Below, in pieces: positions 58,355-64,000 of a DNA stretch of 64,000 bases. Position numbers and translations under genes: made by a program. Location: positions 2,480,001 through 2,544,000 of the forward strand of contig CM035361.1 of NCBI GenBank assembly GCA_020137815.1. The letters run 5' to 3'. The stretch comes from Hormiphora californensis. Lineage: Eukaryota; Animalia; Ctenophora. Below the pieces are notes generated by a model. The model made no database searches. It was not told the origin of the DNA and saw nothing but the letters and a program-made list of their open reading frames with translations. The stretch's first letter is position 1, and the number at the start of each line of letters is the position of its first letter.

Positions 58355-58915
58355 GGAGAACGGTGATTGGTAGGAGCTACGACAATGTGGAAAAGGTCTA
58401 CAGGAGTAATTGTGGAACTGTTAGATCTCTGTTACGCAAGACACAATGGGACTCTATTCAGTCCTTGGAAGTTGGAATAGAGCTGATGTTTGCAGACTGA
58501 CAATAATTGCTGTTTTATATTAATTCAAGAAAGAGAAACAGCACTGTGTTATTCCGCTGGTTTGGACCAAAATAGAGAATGATTGAGCAGCATGGACTTG
58601 ATTTTTAAACTTTTCTTAACTTTTTGGGGACGGGCTGACGTAAAACTTATTTTAGTGGTAATTTTGGAGGATTTTTGAAGGTACAACTATATTCTTATAC
58701 GCACTGCAACTATAAATTCAAAATATAATCTGCTGGGAACCGGTTTAATCGATATTCAGACAAGTCACAAGATTTATCATATTTTTAACGTGGAAATGGA
58801 CTGGGATATCAACGAAAAGCCCTGAGAAATTGTGTAAATTATTTGTTTTTCGTTTTCACCTTAGAAAGCCACCGTGTTTACTTTCTATGGACTGCGTGGC
58901 TCCGCTCTCTCTCTT

Positions 58916-59009
<94 letters not shown>

Positions 59010-59606
59010 CCGCTCTCATTCTCCTCCAATCTCCCCTGTTTCTGACCCTGATTCTCTACCTCAAACTCCAGTCGTGAAACACGTGACAGGCACACGGTCA
59101 CATGGCCATCCAATCACTTTCACACAGCAGAGAGAGGGAGAGAGAGTGGTGTGTACTCAGTGGTACACTCCTATGGGATCATTATATAATGACCCAATTA
59201 CCTACCGATACCAAACCAAGATCGGAAAGAATAAGTACTCGCACAATTATGGACCTATTACGAGGTTGGAATAAGTAATTCCGTTTTGGGCAATTTCGTA
59301 CACCCCGATTCGGGCATACGGCCTATCCTTATATGGTTACTCCGAAAACTAGCATGTTGCCACTTCAAGCAAGATGAAAGAACCCCAATCTTGGCGCGAT
59401 CGCGCGCGATAATATTGCACGCGCAAATATGTTTTATCGGAAATAGGGTATGCGCGGCTCTAAATTATGTGGCGCGCGTAAAAAATAAAGCCAATGATTT
59501 TCAATTTTTGGACTCGTTTTTTTTCACGCAAAACTTGAAATTTGTTGAAATTTTCGTTGATTTTTGTGATTTACGCCTCTCCAGGGGACCTAACGATGAA
59601 AACTAA

Positions 59607-62600
59607 ATGAACAAAAGGTTCTGTCAATTTTGGTGCAAACCGCAAAACAAAGGTAAGTTGATTCCAAGGAAAAATCACACAAAACTTCCCGTAAACAGCC
59701 TCTAAAATCCCCTACTTTTGTACCCAAGTCCCTAACGGAGAGCTCGCTTTCGGTTCTTCACTGCCCATAAATGATAAAAAGCCCAAATGTGCGTCAATAA
59801 GGTGACTGTAATTTCTCCCAGCTGTATATTCGTGTAAGGATTGCGGGGAGCACGTGTTCGATAGTGTCGCTTTTCTCTGTCAACAATGCTCTGATCGACA
59901 GCACTCAGTAGGTCCAGCTGTGTACTGTCATGATGTTGCCTTGTGGCGTGCAGCTGCCATGATGTTGTGGGGTTTTGATTTCCCTGTTGCTGTGACAATC
60001 TAAACAGCCGCATGACCGTAATCAGTAATGCGTATGACTTTAAATGACGTGTAATATGGGTAACATGTGTTTTGTGGTGATGAGTTATTTGATAATGTGT
60101 GATAATGTGTTTTATGGGTATACCTTGATCCAAGAACGATGCTAAGTGATCTTGTGCATGTGTGGTGTGTATGTATCTTAGTTTAGACACATTAACTTGC
60201 TCTCCCTCCCAGCCCAGTCTCTATAATACCTATATCGCCCTGTGTGTCTAGTACGTGTGTGTTCTGGGAGACAAGAGAGAGCACTAGAAGTTGTGAGGGA
60301 TTGGAAAGAGAGAGAGAGAGAGTGCTCTCTAATGCTAGGCAACTAGTGGTGACTGGTGAACATGTTGTGTGTACCATGTTGTGTGTACAGTCGGACCCCG
60401 ATTTACCGGGCCCCGATTTACCGGAACCCCGATTTACCGGGAGGATAATCTTCCCCCGATATAGGAAATTAACAGTATTTGACCCCGATATACCGGGCAC
60501 CCCGATTTACCGGGCAAAACCCTTTCCCCCGAGCATCCCGGTAAATCGGGGTCCGACTGTACCATGTTGTGTACAATGCTTCCTTGTGTAGATCACAACA
60601 TGTACAATATCACTAGTACTGCACTGTCCAACATATATCTGTCCTTGTTTGACTGTCTCCTTTCTGTTGTTGGTCTTCGGCTTTTTATTTGTCTGCTAAT
60701 GGTCTCACTCATGGTACGACACGATCTCACTCCCATCCCTCTTATTTTACCATTAGTTTACAAGGTCATTGGAGTTTACAAGGATATGTCCATTGTCCAC
60801 GTCCTGTCGTTAGTCCCTTTGAGTAAGGGGGCCTTCTATTGTCTTGTGCATGTGTTATCGATTTAAGCTGCCAGCTGCTAGTAAAATTTGTAGTAACTCT
60901 TGCAACCCCTATTTCCGTTTTCTTCTCTATGTTTCTACCAGGTTATATCATGATACTACCCCCTCTTTCACAGAGAGACCAGCCAGGCCACGACCTTGTG
61001 GCCATCAAAGACTTCCTCAAGATGAGCCAGGAAGATTTGGAGCCCGGGTTTAGTGGAGAGAGACCGGGAGGAAGTGAGAGGTCTGGAAGTGGAAGGAGTG
61101 AAATGTCTGGTAGTGGTAGGAGTGAAAGGGCAGCTGTAGGGGATGTGAAAAGTACTTTACTGGTTGATGACTGTGAAAATCTTTGTGTGAGTTAACCGAG
61201 TTTATTGCCCCCTTCCGTCTCATTTTAATTCGTACTAAATGGCCGAGTAAAATTTTCATTTTCAGCGCTGTCGTGTTGTCTCTAACCCAACTATAAATTA
61301 GGTGGACGACGTGCAGTCCCTCGCGGAAACCATTGGGATTTCTCCCGACACCCCAGTCAATGTCCTGTCTATATTTGGTAACACTGGGGATGGCAAGAGT
61401 CACACTCTGAACCACGTGTTTTTTGGGGGACGTGAGGTCTTTACAACATCAGGTTAGAAACAGGTTACCCCCTTCACACAGCCAATCGGTGTTCCGATTT
61501 GAATTTGATGGATGTATTATTTTCAGGATTTAACTCTAACTCTCCACTGTTCAGGCACCCAAAAGACCGGAACTGTGGGAATGTGGGTTGCGTATGACGC
61601 CAAAACACGAACTCTTGTTATAGACACCGAGGGATTACTGGGTGAGTTTTTGTTGTTGTAATGACCTGTAATTTCTTACAACAACTGCTGCAGCAGTCAG
61701 CTAACATGTTTTATGTCTGTACTGTTGCTGTGAGTGTAGAAATTGTTGGCAAACTTTCTTGTTCTCATTTCTCTTTCTCTGTCTCACCCTGTGCCTTTCT
61801 CTGGTGTCCCATGCATACACTAATAAGTAATACGCCAACTATCTTCCTTTTTATATCTCTCACGCTCTCTTCTGTCTATCTCCCTATGTAAGCTCAGTAC
61901 AATGTGTGTAATACTTAGCTGATGGCATACCTAGACAGTGGCTAACTGTTTTCACAAATCAAGTGTATCAGCTATACCTAGAGAGAGATATACCTACACA
62001 CGTGCAACTAAATGGAGTAACTTAGTACCATAGCAGGGATGTCTAGAGGTTTCTAGTTGAACTAATAATCACTGTGTATTTACAGGTGTTAGCTCCAATC
62101 TGAACAGAAGAACTCGGCTGCTACTAAAAATCCTGGCCCTATCTGATGTGGCTATATACAGGTACACCTACAGTACCTAACTATTGGGACTATTCAGTAC
62201 TCAGTGAGTACTGAATAGTCCCAATAGTTGTACTACTCACTTCTCGTCTTACAACTTATCGTTTTGCATCGAATTTCGTCTTCTTGTTTTTAACAGTACC
62301 ACAGCAAATGGCTACCTTGTAGCTTTTATACAAAACAGCGAAAAAATGGAGATCGACAAAAACTGGTACGATGAATGGACACAAAAAGTGAAGAGGCTAC
62401 CAGTCACCATGAACAACGTTCTGGGGAGAGAATGGGAGGCCGACCAGAAGAACGGATGGAAGGACGCCACTTGGCAGATAATGCGAGGTGAAAACTGGGA
62501 TGCTTTGATTGAACTAGTGGAAAATACGGTTAAAATGTACAAACTGCTGAACGTTGCCGATGATATCTTCGCCAAGTCCACTACAAATGAATCTGTCAAG

Positions 62601-64000
62601 CAAACAGCTGTAGACAGACTAAGTGCAGACAAGGAAACCGCAGATTGCGAGGAAACGTTGGCGGAAATGGAATCGGTCGGTAATGCATCTGAGTCACTAT
62701 CCTGGATGCTTGATCGCAAATTTGAATCAGATGATTATGCATCTGGCCCTGGATCAATATCGATGTCTAGTGAAATTGCTTCCTATAAAGAGGAAAAAAC
62801 GGGACCCACTGACAAGCGGCAGAATGTTATCGTGTTTTTACCTGCAGACATGGATGGCTCTATTCAGGATGAGGCGATTGAAAAAGCTTTTGCATACCTT
62901 GGGTGTGAACAATTTAGTATAATGAACACGGAAATGGTCAGGGACAGAGGTGAGGACTGCAACGGGAAAATTGTACTTAGAGTACAAATGAACACAGTAA
63001 AACAAGCATCAAAAGCCCTTGCTAATGTGTACAAACTGAAGAACTACCCTGTGCCTGGAATCTACATTGCCAAGGATATGACATACCATCAACGGCTAAA
63101 GATGCGAGAACTTGTGAAGACTCTACGGTACAGGATAGAAATGCTACCAAAGTACCGATGGAAAATTGTTGATTGGGAAGTGGTTAACGTTGGTCGTTTC
63201 AAGAAACAAGAGCAAGATTTCAAGCATGATTTGATGAACAGTTATAGTGGTTCACTGGATAGTATTTCTAGTGGACCACTATAGTCAGTGGTGAAGTTTT
63301 TTGAGACAAATATGGAGTAATACGAGAAGTCAATAAAACTGAGTTCAAAGGGTGTCCTGCCTAATGCAGACACCTACGATATAAACAATAAACATTTTGA
63401 AATTACTATAGTGTGACATGGAAGTGAGTCTAGACATTATTTGCGTAGAGTACATGTCGAGTTGGCCGTGTGGCCAAAATCTTTAATATTATTATTTATT
63501 ATTATTATAGTGTTATTTTCCAATATATCAATGAGACACTACTAATTCGTGTTGAAGTGTATCCTGTAACTCCTCCCTCTCTCTCAGGACAAGAGCTGAG
63601 AGGCTACACAATGACATGTTTGTCTTCCTGAGCGATGCCAGTAAAGTCTACTGTGATCATTTTAGCACTGAACTACAGGTAGGTCAACATATTAGAAAGA
63701 GTTTGTTGTCATGAAATGAAAGTTTGTTCAATGTTTAGGATTTTGATCATTTAAATTTACAGGGTGTTTTAGAAAAACATAGCATTGACATTCCTTTTAC
63801 CAAACTGGGACCTCGAGTTCTGATTTTCCACGAGACCCAGTACACTGAGATCCTCGGAGCACCTGAGGATGATGGAACAGAGGTATAGTGCTCCTTCATA
63901 AAGATTTATTGATGACATTGCTCCTTCATAAAGATAATATATAATTTACATAATTTCAGATTATAGCGGTAGACCCAGATCGACCGAATGACGGTGAGGT
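59607..64000 (+). CDS. ZFYVE1: Zinc finger FYVE domain-containing protein 1 (DFCP1), 5' part
   Basis: B-box-like MNKRFCQFWC...AVYSCKDC...LCQQCSDRQH; VLSIFGNTGDGKSHTLNHVFF.GREVF; VIDTEGLLG; RTRLLLKILALSDV.IYRTRAERLHNDMF. Confidence 0.92.
60388..60559. mobile_element. Tc1/mariner(pogo)-type MITE
   Basis: TA|cagtcggaccccgatttaccggg...cccggtaaatcggggtccgactg|TA. Confidence 0.88.
62179..62229. other. Perfect 51-bp palindrome (25-bp arms, 1-nt loop)
   Basis: aactattgggactattcagtactca-g-tgagtactgaatagtcccaatagtt. Confidence 0.9.
62346..63284 (+). CDS. Intronless 312-aa LINE ORF1-like (RRM/CTD) protein nested in a ZFYVE1 intron
   Basis: NVIVF...LRVQM...ALANVYKLK...GIYIAKDMTYHQRLKMRELVKTLR resembles non-LTR ORF1 C-terminal domains; AATAAA at ~63332 and ~63388; inside intron 62162-63588. 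Confidence 0.6.
   Translation: MEIDKNWYDEWTQKVKRLPVTMNNVLGREWEADQKNGWKDATWQIMRGENWDALIELVENTVKMYKLLNVADDIFAKSTTNESVKQTAVDRLSADKETADCEETLAEMESVGNASESLSWMLDRKFESDDYASGPGSISMSSEIASYKEEKTGPTDKRQNVIVFLPADMDGSIQDEAIEKAFAYLGCEQFSIMNTEMVRDRGEDCNGKIVLRVQMNTVKQASKALANVYKLKNYPVPGIYIAKDMTYHQRLKMRELVKTLRYRIEMLPKYRWKIVDWEVVNVGRFKKQEQDFKHDLMNSYSGSLDSISSGPL

Noticed and set aside
59327-59336. CArG box CCTTATATGG downstream of SRF (autoregulation)
   Set aside because: Similar CC(A/T)6GG sites occur at ~4163, ~16872, ~16903 and ~24738 in repeats, exons and introns; several are expected by chance in 64 kb

Overview
Intron-rich animal genomic DNA, most likely a ctenophore (Pleurobrachia-like). That assignment is an inference from recognised dispersed MITE translations such as YLGHVTGYQPIRDQYFLIRSVP and QSDPDLPGPDLPEPRFTG, and from gene compaction. 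Genes assembled by hand from GT-AG exons: EXOC3/Sec6 (-, runs off the left edge); a large secreted mosaic serine protease (+; protease-CUB-like-LDLa-unknown-SRCR); seven co-oriented minus-strand housekeeping genes (MRPS31, GTPBP1, VTI1A, SWI5, POLR1D-isoform-2-like, atlastin, WDR53); SRF (+); and ZFYVE1/DFCP1 (+, runs off the right edge). Two ORFs are nested in introns: a secreted F5/8C-like protein and a LINE-ORF1-like protein. Mobile DNA includes a non-autonomous LTR element, a tRNA-derived SINE, short Helitrons and several MITE families. The main unusual patterns are (1) tandem arrays made by amplifying the splice junction itself, giving up to about 50 decoy acceptors per intron; (2) very short intergenic gaps with an unpaired AG just before almost every ATG, suggesting trans-spliced operons; (3) ultra-short TTG...CAA insertions with 8-9 bp target duplications, some of which duplicate splice donors; (4) a Helitron inserted antisense into its own 5' end. 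Parts of the window (about 26-27.6 kb, 39.9-40.6 kb, 41.9-42.9 kb, 43.85-44.2 kb) look like noisy or haplotype-duplicated assembly.
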